From Candidatus Micrarchaeota archaeon (lineage in GTDB: Archaea > Micrarchaeota > Micrarchaeia > Anstonellales > J096), in assembly GCA_030550115.1 (NCBI GenBank), contig JAUQPY010000031.1, forward strand, positions 1 through 41,174: DNA of 41,174 nt, written 5' to 3'. Shown here piece after piece: positions 17,098-25,658 of the stretch. Each line of letters begins with the position of its first letter. The first letter of the stretch is position 1. A model generated the notes under the pieces. That model saw only the letters and a program-made list of their open reading frames with translations, was not told where the DNA came from and did not search any database. Position numbers and translations under genes: made by a program.

Positions 17098-18912
17098 TTT
17101 ATAAACATACAGAGATCTGTTCTGATAAATAAGTTTGTAATTATCATCTATTTTAATTCTTTCATAGTTCCTATAATCAATTATGTAAATTCTAAATGTT
17201 TTGATATAGAATTCTCTTATAGCAGGGTCTAACCAACCATCTGCGGTTATATATGAAATTCTATTTGCATCTAATTCAGATTTACATTCTAAACAGATCA
17301 GAGGATCTCTTATGTATTGTCTGTATTCGTACCTAGATAAGTGTTTTATATTGGGTATTATCGAACTGAATTCTGATGCGATGAATCCATTCAGATCAAT
17401 AACTATGTATTTTACTCTGTATTTGTTCAATAACTCCTGTGCTAGACTGCGATTTGATGAATATAACATAATAGCAGCGTCTAAATCTCTATTTGAGAAA
17501 TTAAGAAATGGTAAGTGGAATGATTGGGCCCATCTACTTGCTACAACATTGTTTCCCGTGTATGCATTTAGAGCAAAGGCAATAGGTTTATTACTAAGTA
17601 TTACACCTGGATCCTCAGATATTATCCTAATAGCTTCTGCGTATTCTGGAAAGAGATCTGTTAGGGTTAGGTTGTATTTCTTCAAATTTGTAAAGCTGCT
17701 TGTATAAGATTCATACGTAAAGTGGAGCTGTGCTAAGATGAATAATCCTAATAACATACCATATTCTGATTTTCTGTAGGGTATTGATAGCAAAATTAAG
17801 GGTGTTAATACTAGTGAAGTTGTGTAGGTAGGTACGGTATTGAATAGGAATAGATCTAGAATAGGAGATATTAATATTAGAATCGATGTGAGAATTATAT
17901 ATTGGTCAAATTCGTACAATCTCCTATCCTTGAATAGGCTATATAAATACGCCACGATGATCAATATCTTCGGCATCATCCATTCCGGAATATATTTTGT
18001 GTATAGAAACAACATACCCTCAGAATTGGAATACACTGGAAAATCCAATCTGTTTCTAGGAAAGTATTCGTTGAATATATCTAGTCTGTATATCATATAC
18101 AAACCTAGAGGTAATAGCAATAGGATTGGTATTATATCTTTGAATATATTATTTAATCTCTCCTGATTCATTAATCTACGGATGATATCGTATGAAATAA
18201 ATATTAATACATATAGTAGTAGTAGAAAGTGGGATATTGTTGATAGTAGAATAGCTAAAGCGTAATTACGTTTTAATATCAAATACAATACTATTGGACT
18301 GATAATAGATACGGCAAATTCAGTGTATTTTAGTATTACTGGAGTTAGAGACGATGCAACTATAAATACTAACATAGCCACTCCGTAGGATGCTCCTAAT
18401 CTCAAACTGATGTAATACCATATGATAGTTGAATATAATAAGATAGAAGATAGGAGTTTCATAGCTGAAATGCCATCGATATTCATCAATCTCATTGTGA
18501 TTACAACTAACCAGGAGTAGAGTGGGTTATAGGAGAACAATTTTCCCTCGTAATATTGGTTTCCAAAAATATCCAGAGTCCTGTTTACATAATTTATCTG
18601 CCCCAACTGAGCATAGTAATCCCCACCGAATACTGGTGAAGGGAGCTCCTTGAAAGATAGGAGAAATTGATATGAACTAGAGGAAAGAATAGAAGCTATT
18701 ACAAATACAATCCCTGTAAATAACCCTGGGATAAGATTGGATGACTTATAAGAATATATTCCGAGAGTAACTATTGATATAATGATACTTGGATTCAAAT
18801 AGAATATATCATAAATATTGATTGAATTGAAATATAATAAACCTAATGCATTGATGATTATAGATATTACTCCAATCTTTTCCAGATCTGTCCATCGAAG
18901 TATTCTATCCAT
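17089..18912 (-). CDS. Polytopic membrane protein, GT-C glycosyltransferase-like
   Basis: More than 10 hydrophobic segments; early-loop GGDYY and Y.PLY motifs; AglB/STT3-like C-terminus (A.ELL.KY.VKYIV); no WWDYG. Confidence 0.55.
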   Translation of the reverse strand: MDRILRWTDLEKIGVISIIINALGLLYFNSINIYDIFYLNPSIIISIVTLGIYSYKSSNLIPGLFTGIVFVIASILSSSSYQFLLSFKELPSPVFGGDYYAQLGQINYVNRTLDIFGNQYYEGKLFSYNPLYSWLVVITMRLMNIDGISAMKLLSSILLYSTIIWYYISLRLGASYGVAMLVFIVASSLTPVILKYTEFAVSIISPIVLYLILKRNYALAILLSTISHFLLLLYVLIFISYDIIRRLMNQERLNNIFKDIIPILLLLPLGLYMIYRLDIFNEYFPRNRLDFPVYSNSEGMLFLYTKYIPEWMMPKILIIVAYLYSLFKDRRLYEFDQYIILTSILILISPILDLFLFNTVPTYTTSLVLTPLILLSIPYRKSEYGMLLGLFILAQLHFTYESYTSSFTNLKKYNLTLTDLFPEYAEAIRIISEDPGVILSNKPIAFALNAYTGNNVVASRWAQSFHLPFLNFSNRDLDAAIMLYSSNRSLAQELLNKYRVKYIVIDLNGFIASEFSSIIPNIKHLSRYEYRQYIRDPLICLECKSELDANRISYITADGWLDPAIREFYIKTFRIYIIDYRNYERIKIDDNYKLIYQNRSLYVYKLQ

Positions 18913-19883
18913 TTCTCATGGATCACCATTAATATACGATTGGGTTCTTTAGCACATGTTGGTGAATTACACACTATGTATTTTCCACCTAGATCACCAA
19001 GAGTTATTCCTGTAAGAGGATCTACCACATATCCCCAGGTGAGATTCTGATATGATTGGACTGGGATAGATGATATTGCGACACCACAATGTCCAGATTT
19101 TTCTGTGTTAAAACATACTACTACAAAATCATACTCACTAACTTTTGCAAATAGCTGAGGCGTGTATCCTCTTAAAATCACATCTCGATATACTATATAA
19201 TTATAATATGGTGTATCCAGAATGCTCACCGGTCTTGTCCCCTCTAGATACATATTTGGATTCAATGATCGTAATAGTTCTCTCAACATCAATGCATGCT
19301 GTTTACAATCTCCATATCCTTGTTCAATAAACTTTTTCAAGGTATGAAACTCTGATATCCTATTATTATAACCATACTCCATTCTGGTAACATAGACTGC
19401 ACATGGTATCTTTAGATTAAAGCCATCACTACATTCTCTTAGAATTTTGGATCTAAGATAGGGGTCAGGATATTCTGAGTTCTCTCTAAACCATTGTGAG
19501 AGATTTTTAAATATTAACCACTCTTCCTGCTTACTGTGATTTTTCATAATCTCCTCCATAATCTTTAGAGTAGAATTCACCTGTAAGCTCAGGTTGTTAT
19601 ATTTTTGAAGTAGCTCCTGATATTCCATTTCCAATTTCTCCTTCTCATTACTTAATTCTGAATACTGATTAGATAGATTTTTGATTATCTCTGATGCTAA
19701 GAGATTTTGAGACTTTTCCTGTGCTAATTTATCCTGAAGTGAATTTATAGTTATGTAAAGTTCTGTTATTGTAGTATTATATTCATCTCTGATTGAGTCG
19801 ATAGTTGTTAAGTGTAAATAAACAACAGATATAATCGCAGATACCAAGATTGCTATGATTAAGTATATTGACTGATAGTTCAT
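18867..19883 (-). CDS. Membrane-anchored transglutaminase-like cysteine protease with coiled-coil stalk
   Basis: N-terminal TM, heptad region, then GDCKQHA (Cys), GHC (His), VVDP (Asp). Confidence 0.75.
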   Translation of the reverse strand: MNYQSIYLIIAILVSAIISVVYLHLTTIDSIRDEYNTTITELYITINSLQDKLAQEKSQNLLASEIIKNLSNQYSELSNEKEKLEMEYQELLQKYNNLSLQVNSTLKIMEEIMKNHSKQEEWLIFKNLSQWFRENSEYPDPYLRSKILRECSDGFNLKIPCAVYVTRMEYGYNNRISEFHTLKKFIEQGYGDCKQHALMLRELLRSLNPNMYLEGTRPVSILDTPYYNYIVYRDVILRGYTPQLFAKVSEYDFVVVCFNTEKSGHCGVAISSIPVQSYQNLTWGYVVDPLTGITLGDLGGKYIVCNSPTCAKEPNRILMVIHEKWIEYFDGQIWKRLE

Positions 19884-19917
19884 GTATTTATAATAAAAAC
19901 ATTTTTATAAAATATCC

Positions 19918-21099
19918 ATGGATCTTACTATTGATCTTCATATACATGGTAAATATTCTAGAGCTACCTCATCTAAGCTTGAACCATACATTCTAGCTAG
20001 AACAGCAGAGCGTAAAGGTATAAATGTGCTTGGAACCGGTGATTTCACCCATCCTAAGTGGTTGGAGATGTTCACAGGTTTAGAGCAAGAAGATGGTCTG
20101 TTAACTATGGGAGATATTAAATTTATGCTAAGTGTAGAGGTGAATAATGTTTTTGAATACAACTCTAAAACTCTTACTATCCACAATGTTATATTAACCG
20201 ATTCTATAGAATCTGCAAAACAAATTGCAGATGCTCTATCAAAATATGGTGATATTGAAGCTGACGGCAGGCCTACTCTTAATATATCTATGCTAGAGAT
20301 GATGGATCTACTAAAGAGCTTAAATCCAAAGACGGAAGTATTCGCTGCACACATATGGACTCCTTGGTTTTCTATACTGGGGGCTAGGAATGGATTGAAT
20401 AGCATTTATGAAGTTATAGATCGTAGACTATTGGCAGTAGAAACGGGTTTGAGCGCAGATCCAGAGATGACTTGGAGTACTCATGCTGGTGATTTTCCAA
20501 TAATATCTAACTCCGATGCTCATAGTCCTGATAATCTGGGAAGAGAAGCTACTGTTATAGATGTGGAGAGAATCACATACAATGAAATAATATCGTCTAT
20601 AAAGAACAGAAAGATAATTAAAACATATGAATTCTATCCTCAAGAGGGTAAGTACTACTATGATGGTCATAGAAACTGTGGGATCTCTTTACATCCGGGG
20701 GAGAGCATTCAGAATATGAATATATGTAGAAAATGTGGAAAGAAATTGACTATAGGGGTTCTCCATAGATGTATGGAATTAAGGGATAATATCTCCAGAC
20801 CTAGGCAGAAGTTTATTTATATAATACCGATTAGAAAAGTGGTATCTTATGCAACCGGTTTGAATGAGAATAGCAAACGTGTGGATGATTATGTAAATAG
20901 ATTGATATCTCTATATGGAAATGAGCTTAGTATATATGAGAAGATTACTAGAGAGGATATGGCTGAATATGGTGAAATTGGTGAGAGAATATACAGAATA
21001 ATAAAAGGAGATATAGAATGGCAGCCAGGCTACGATGGAGTATATGGAACTTTTAAATTAAGAGATAAGAAGGGATTATTTGAACAGTTAAAGCACTGA
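19918..21099 (+). CDS. endoQ: Endonuclease Q (PHP domain plus Zn finger)
   Basis: DLHIH..YSRATS, GTGDFTHP.W, AHIWTPWFS, ETGLS, NSDAHS, GKYYYDGHR.C...CxxC, PGYDGVYG. Confidence 0.9.
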   Translation: MDLTIDLHIHGKYSRATSSKLEPYILARTAERKGINVLGTGDFTHPKWLEMFTGLEQEDGLLTMGDIKFMLSVEVNNVFEYNSKTLTIHNVILTDSIESAKQIADALSKYGDIEADGRPTLNISMLEMMDLLKSLNPKTEVFAAHIWTPWFSILGARNGLNSIYEVIDRRLLAVETGLSADPEMTWSTHAGDFPIISNSDAHSPDNLGREATVIDVERITYNEIISSIKNRKIIKTYEFYPQEGKYYYDGHRNCGISLHPGESIQNMNICRKCGKKLTIGVLHRCMELRDNISRPRQKFIYIIPIRKVVSYATGLNENSKRVDDYVNRLISLYGNELSIYEKITREDMAEYGEIGERIYRIIKGDIEWQPGYDGVYGTFKLRDKKGLFEQLKH

Positions 21100-21445
21100 T
21101 GTACATCTCAGCTGAAGTGGGAATTCTGTTTCCATAGAATCTAGAGATTAATAAAATTAAGATTACATACAATATCGCAAATATGACTATATCTGAAATT
21201 GAATTCAGTATAATTATAGAATTGGCTAGATGGATATAATCGTCATAATCAATAAACCTGCTTCTTTTCAGATACATAGAAATTTCAAATACTAGAGCTG
21301 TAATCAAGAATGTAATAATCCATATTTGGTATTTACCCAATTCCAATAATAATGTCCCTGTGATCAATAGTGCTAATATATAATTGGATTTTACATATTT
21401 AAGGTCATAATATATCAAGATTGCAATTAGGATTAGAGCTATCAT
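21053..21445 (-). CDS. Small multi-pass membrane protein, possibly A24 prepilin-peptidase-like
   Basis: About 5 TM; YDLK after TM1, DYDD in the GxGD-equivalent position, RIP before the last TM. Confidence 0.4.
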   Translation of the reverse strand: MIALILIAILIYYDLKYVKSNYILALLITGTLLLELGKYQIWIITFLITALVFEISMYLKRSRFIDYDDYIHLANSIIILNSISDIVIFAILYVILILLISRFYGNRIPTSAEMYISALTVQIIPSYLLI

Positions 21446-21921
21446 TTACTCTTCTTGTATATCCCTCTATATTCTCCTAGTAATTTAGTGTTCTTTATAA
21501 ATACGACCTGCCCTATTCTTGCGTTCTCATATATCTCAACACCATTTGGATTGATAACATGCATTAGAACTTCAGCGTATCCTTCAAATCCAGGATCAAA
21601 CAGACCTGCATATATAGCCACCCCATTTCTCAGTAGTGTAGTTCTAGGAAATAGAATACCGATAGTTTTCCTATCAAGTTTAAAATACTCATTTAGCTTG
21701 ATCTTGTATACCCCTGGAGCTATATGTTCTTTTCCTTCTATTTCAATTGGGATTGTTTTTGCTAGTTTTCGATTTTTATTATCCAAATCCAAGCTACCAT
21801 AACCTACGAAATAATGGATTTCTTTAAGAGTTACATCGATTCCAGCCTGTTGAATCTGAAGATCTTTGCTTAAATATTCAGATACTATTCTATCTATAGC
21901 CTGTTCCGGGGGAATTATCAT
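21442..21921 (-). CDS. dut: Trimeric dUTPase (archaeal, dCTP-deaminase fold)
   Basis: QQAGIDVTL, PRTTLLRNG, GLFDPGFEG, RIGQ.VF, YRGIY. Confidence 0.85.
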   Translation of the reverse strand: MIIPPEQAIDRIVSEYLSKDLQIQQAGIDVTLKEIHYFVGYGSLDLDNKNRKLAKTIPIEIEGKEHIAPGVYKIKLNEYFKLDRKTIGILFPRTTLLRNGVAIYAGLFDPGFEGYAEVLMHVINPNGVEIYENARIGQVVFIKNTKLLGEYRGIYKKSK

Positions 21922-21973
21922 AAGTTATGATTTAAGCTTAGGTTTTAAAAATTAATGAATATATTAGAACATA

Positions 21974-22177
21974 ATGGTGGTATCTATGCCTAGCCCTAAG
22001 AAGCCCGAAGATGAGAAAAGACCAGACGAACGAAAACCTTATGAAGATGAGAAGAGAAGACCTAAAAGAGATGAAGATGAAGAAGAGGATTGGGAGGAGG
22101 AAGAGGAGGAGGATTGGGATGAGGATTGGGATGAGTGGGAAGAGGAGGAGGATTGGGAGGAGGAGGAAGAGGAATAG
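21974..22177 (+). CDS. Small low-complexity protein with acidic, Trp-spaced tail
   Basis: TATA 30 nt upstream; charged Pro-rich N-half and a 35-residue D/E/W-only tail. Confidence 0.65.
   Translation: MVVSMPSPKKPEDEKRPDERKPYEDEKRRPKRDEDEEEDWEEEEEEDWDEDWDEWEEEEDWEEEEEE
22070..22174 (+). repeat. Purine-rich coding repeat (GAGGATTGG / GAG-GAA runs)
   Basis: Imperfect EEDW-type units encoding 30 acidic residues and 5 Trp. Confidence 0.8.
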
Positions 22178-22657
22178 ATGAGATTTTATTTTTCTTATTA
22201 TTATGAGTTCTTAACTCATGGGTTATTAATATCGTTTTTAGGTCTAATTTTACTGATGCTACCGGAGATCATCACAGGTCTCCGGCTCAATCTTCCATTC
22301 GATTTTCTGTATTTTGAGCAGAATTTTATCTTCTTGAGGATAGTTGGATTATCTCTAATAATTCTTGCGATGATATTTAGCTATTTAAAATTCAAATTCA
22401 GCTTCTTGGATCTAGCTGATGATTATCTGTATTATGAGGAAGGAGTCGTGGCAAAGGTTAGGAAAAAAATTCCATATAAGAGTATCACAGATGTTCAACT
22501 GAAAAGATCTGTGTTGGATACTATTATGGGATGGGATACAATTTATATAAACACTGCAGGCCAGGCTACTTATGAACTGGTGATCAAAGGAGTGTCAATA
22601 GAGCATGGTGATATGATACTAGAGATTCTTAAGAAAAAAACTACATCTAGTAAATGA
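22178..22657 (+). CDS. bPH_2 (bacterial PH domain) membrane protein
   Basis: Two TM then G...K..KIPY.SITDV...RS.LD..MG...I.INTAG. Confidence 0.8.
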   Translation: MRFYFSYYYEFLTHGLLISFLGLILLMLPEIITGLRLNLPFDFLYFEQNFIFLRIVGLSLIILAMIFSYLKFKFSFLDLADDYLYYEEGVVAKVRKKIPYKSITDVQLKRSVLDTIMGWDTIYINTAGQATYELVIKGVSIEHGDMILEILKKKTTSSK

Positions 22658-23163
22658 GAATAGCTATAACAGGAGTACCAGGAACTGGTAAAACTACACT
22701 GGCAAAGATATTATCCTCTAGATTTGGGTATGATTATATAGATGTTGCAAAGATTGTAAGAGAATATCGTCTGGGAACAAGTGTGGATATTGATAAATTA
22801 CAAACTATACTTGAACAGATCCTCAGATCGAGAAATAATTATGTGATAGAGAGTCATCTGCTAGCTGAATTGGATATGGATTTTGACATCATAATAATCA
22901 CAAGGGCCTCATACAGAGCTCTATTAAGACGCTACGCAAGAAGACGATATGGTAAGAAGAAGATATGGGAGAATATAGCTGCTGAACTTTTGGATTATTT
23001 TCCAATAAAACTAGAGAATAAGAGATTTATACAGATTGATACAACTGGTCTGTCTATAAGAGAATTGGAGAGGAAAGCTATTAAGTATATTCAGCTGGGA
23101 ATTAGTGATGATGTGGATTGGAGTGATGATCTGTTTAGATTAGTGATTCGAGGAAAAATATAG
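22654..23163 (+). CDS. Adenylate kinase 6 / Fap7-hCINAP family NMP kinase
   Basis: ITGVPGTGKTT, ESH, RY..R.Y...KI.EN..AE, IDTT. Confidence 0.85.
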   Translation: MRIAITGVPGTGKTTLAKILSSRFGYDYIDVAKIVREYRLGTSVDIDKLQTILEQILRSRNNYVIESHLLAELDMDFDIIIITRASYRALLRRYARRRYGKKKIWENIAAELLDYFPIKLENKRFIQIDTTGLSIRELERKAIKYIQLGISDDVDWSDDLFRLVIRGKI

Positions 23164-23202
23164 TTTTTAAAAGATATCCGATTTATTAATAAAGCGTGAT
23201 TT

Positions 23203-23754
23203 GTGATGCAGAACAATAAAGAGGAGCTAGAGAAACTGATGAGAGAAAGAAAAGAGCTGTTACATTATCTAAGAGAGGTGGAGGAGAATCTTCTGTATCT
23301 GAGCAAGGAGAAAGAATATTTACAACCTAGTGTCGATAAATTCCATGAGTTAAAATTATTTGATTTGAAGAAGAAGCAGAAGAGAATTGAATACATGCTA
23401 GTCACTCAATCGAAAAATGCTAAGAATGAAAAGAAATATTTGGATAAATTGATAGATATTGAAAGGAAATTGAAGGAGTACTCCCCTCTATTTGAAGCAC
23501 ATGCTAGATATAATATAGTAACCAAACAAATTGAGACATTGGCCAAACAGAGAGATGAGATTAAACAGAAACTTCAAGAGATGGATAATAAAATTAAGGA
23601 GCAGGTGGATAGATTTAGATCCAGTGTGAGAAGGAGAGTGAGAAATAAGGAAGATAAGGAAGGGAATAATGACATACCAAATGATGAGCCAGATCAGGAG
23701 TTAGGAAAGGATTATATTTCATTAGAAGAATTACTAGGGGATAAGTTTAAATAA
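23203..23754 (+). CDS. Archaeal coiled-coil protein
   Basis: Heptad-rich, K/E-rich; IEY...T......EK..LD motif and acidic C-terminal ISLEEL. Confidence 0.65.
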   Translation: MMQNNKEELEKLMRERKELLHYLREVEENLLYLSKEKEYLQPSVDKFHELKLFDLKKKQKRIEYMLVTQSKNAKNEKKYLDKLIDIERKLKEYSPLFEAHARYNIVTKQIETLAKQRDEIKQKLQEMDNKIKEQVDRFRSSVRRRVRNKEDKEGNNDIPNDEPDQELGKDYISLEELLGDKFK

Positions 23755-23789
23755 ATTTGCTATTATGTTATATTTAAGAGGTGAATTGA

Positions 23790-24236
23790 ATGAGTAGTGG
23801 TTCTATTAATCAGTTAAATCTGAGTGTAGAGCGTATTCTAGCTTATGTAGTAGATGTTGTAGTTATGTATGTAGTACTTTTTATTATAAGTATTCTTATA
23901 GGAATAGTATTGGTAATATTCGTTAGTCTGCTAATATTCATTCCAGTGCTCTCGAGTATTATATCATTAGTAGGTCTGCTCATTCAATTGCTACTAGCAG
24001 TAGGATTCCCTATTGTATATTTCTACTTCACAGAGAACAAATACAAGCATACAGTAGGTCATAAATTATTTGGGTTGAAGGTAGAGGGAACAGAATCTGC
24101 TTCTAGAGATGCAAAGATCAAGAGAGCTGTTCTTAAACATCCCTTACTTATGATATTCGTATTTCTAATAGGATTACTGAATGGAGGTAAATTCTATCAT
24201 GAGACTCTGACAGGTATTCGAACCGTAAAGGCGTAA
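23790..24236 (+). CDS. RDD family membrane protein
   Basis: R..AY.VD, YF...E....TVGHKLFGLKV, C-terminal HE..TG.R.V. Confidence 0.85.
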   Translation: MSSGSINQLNLSVERILAYVVDVVVMYVVLFIISILIGIVLVIFVSLLIFIPVLSSIISLVGLLIQLLLAVGFPIVYFYFTENKYKHTVGHKLFGLKVEGTESASRDAKIKRAVLKHPLLMIFVFLIGLLNGGKFYHETLTGIRTVKA

Positions 24237-24304
24237 TCTCAGATCACTCTTCTGTTAAACATTTGATCTCTATTTTTTAAATATATCTTTTCATAAAGTT
24301 GACT

Positions 24305-25468
24305 ATGCGAAGAGTTGCTGTTATTGGAATAGGGATTACCAAATTTGGGGAACATTGGGATAAAGGTTTGCGAGAATTAGCTCTGGAAGCTGGTATAAAG
24401 GCTATTACTGATGCTGGATTGGAAGGGGAGAAAATAGATGCAGGATATTTGGGAAACATGGCTGCTGGTAGTTTTGCACTTCAAGAACATCTAGGAGCTC
24501 TGTTAGCTGATCAATTAGGTCTTAATCCAATTCCTGTTACAAAAGTGGAAGCAGCATGTGCGTCAGGAGCAGTTGCATTCAGGCAGGCCTACCTATCAGT
24601 GGCCTCCGGAGCACATGATATTGTTGTTGCAGGAGGAGTGGAGAAGATGACAGACTTGGATACAGAGACAGTTACTAAAATACTAGCTGCTGCTGGAGAT
24701 CAGGAGTGGGAAGCATTTCAAGGAGCAACATTCCCTGCTCTGTATGCTCTAATGATGAGGGCTTATATGTTAAAATATGGGGCCAAGGAGGAAGATTTTG
24801 CATATGTGGCTGTAAAAAACCATAGGCATGCTAAGAATGTAGAATATGCACAATTCAGGAATGAGATTACTGTTGAGCAGGTTATGGAATCAAAGTATGT
24901 CGCTGAACCAATAAAGGTTCTAGATTCATCACCCATCACAGATGGTGCAGCAGCAGTGATATTAGCTCCTCTGGATATAGCCTATTCATATACTTCAGAA
25001 CCTATTGAAGTATTAGCTAGTGCACAGGCTTCAGATACCATAGCACTACATGATCGTGAAGATATAACTTTCCTTAAAGCTACTTCAATAGCCTCTCAGA
25101 AAGCCTATGCTCAGGCGAATATATCCCCTTCTCAAATAGATATAGCTGAAGTACATGATGCATTTACTATAGGTGAGGTACTTGCTCTAGAAGCATTAGG
25201 TATATTCGAAAGAGGTACAGCATACAGAGCAGCTAGAGAAGGATTGACTACTTATGGGGGAAAGATAGTCGTGAATCCTAGCGGGGGTCTGAAGGCTGCT
25301 GGTCACCCTGTTGGAGCTACAGGCATAAAACAGATCTATGAAATAGTACTACAATTGAGAGGTAAGGCAGGAGCAAGACAGGTGAAGAATGCTAGTTATG
25401 GATTGGCAAATAATGTAGGTGGTAGTGGAGCTACATCAGTCGTCCATATATTTGGCAAGGTATATTAG
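24305..25468 (+). CDS. Acetyl-CoA acetyltransferase (archaeal thiolase)
   Basis: EAACASG, GVEKMTD, TDGAAA, EVHDAF, GHPVGATG, NVGG. Confidence 0.93.
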   Translation: MRRVAVIGIGITKFGEHWDKGLRELALEAGIKAITDAGLEGEKIDAGYLGNMAAGSFALQEHLGALLADQLGLNPIPVTKVEAACASGAVAFRQAYLSVASGAHDIVVAGGVEKMTDLDTETVTKILAAAGDQEWEAFQGATFPALYALMMRAYMLKYGAKEEDFAYVAVKNHRHAKNVEYAQFRNEITVEQVMESKYVAEPIKVLDSSPITDGAAAVILAPLDIAYSYTSEPIEVLASAQASDTIALHDREDITFLKATSIASQKAYAQANISPSQIDIAEVHDAFTIGEVLALEALGIFERGTAYRAAREGLTTYGGKIVVNPSGGLKAAGHPVGATGIKQIYEIVLQLRGKAGARQVKNASYGLANNVGGSGATSVVHIFGKVY

Positions 25469-25499
25469 ATTTAAAAACATAACTATGAACAATAATAAC

Positions 25500-25658
25500 A
25501 TGAATAAGTTTATAAAAGCTAGAATAATTGGAGCTAGAGCTCTGCAATTATCCTGTGGTGCTGAATCTGAACTCAAGAACAAGGTAAAGGATAGTGTTGA
25601 ATTAAGCTATTTGGAGTTTTCCAAATCAAAAATCCCATTGGAGGTGAGGAAGAGATGA
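25500..25658 (+). CDS. rpoK: DNA-directed RNA polymerase subunit Rpo6 (K)
   Basis: ARIIGARALQL..GA and KIPLEVR; ATG 25500 lies 30 nt after TTTAAA. Confidence 0.92.
   Translation: MNKFIKARIIGARALQLSCGAESELKNKVKDSVELSYLEFSKSKIPLEVRKR

Noticed and set aside
17089-18912. AglB oligosaccharyltransferase
   Set aside because: WWDYG motif absent; only a general GT-C-like call is supportable
25419-25499. N-terminal extension of Rpo6 in the ORF track (likewise 34290-34361 for the membrane protein)
   Set aside because: Overlaps the neighbouring gene and promoter; TATA spacing supports the downstream ATG
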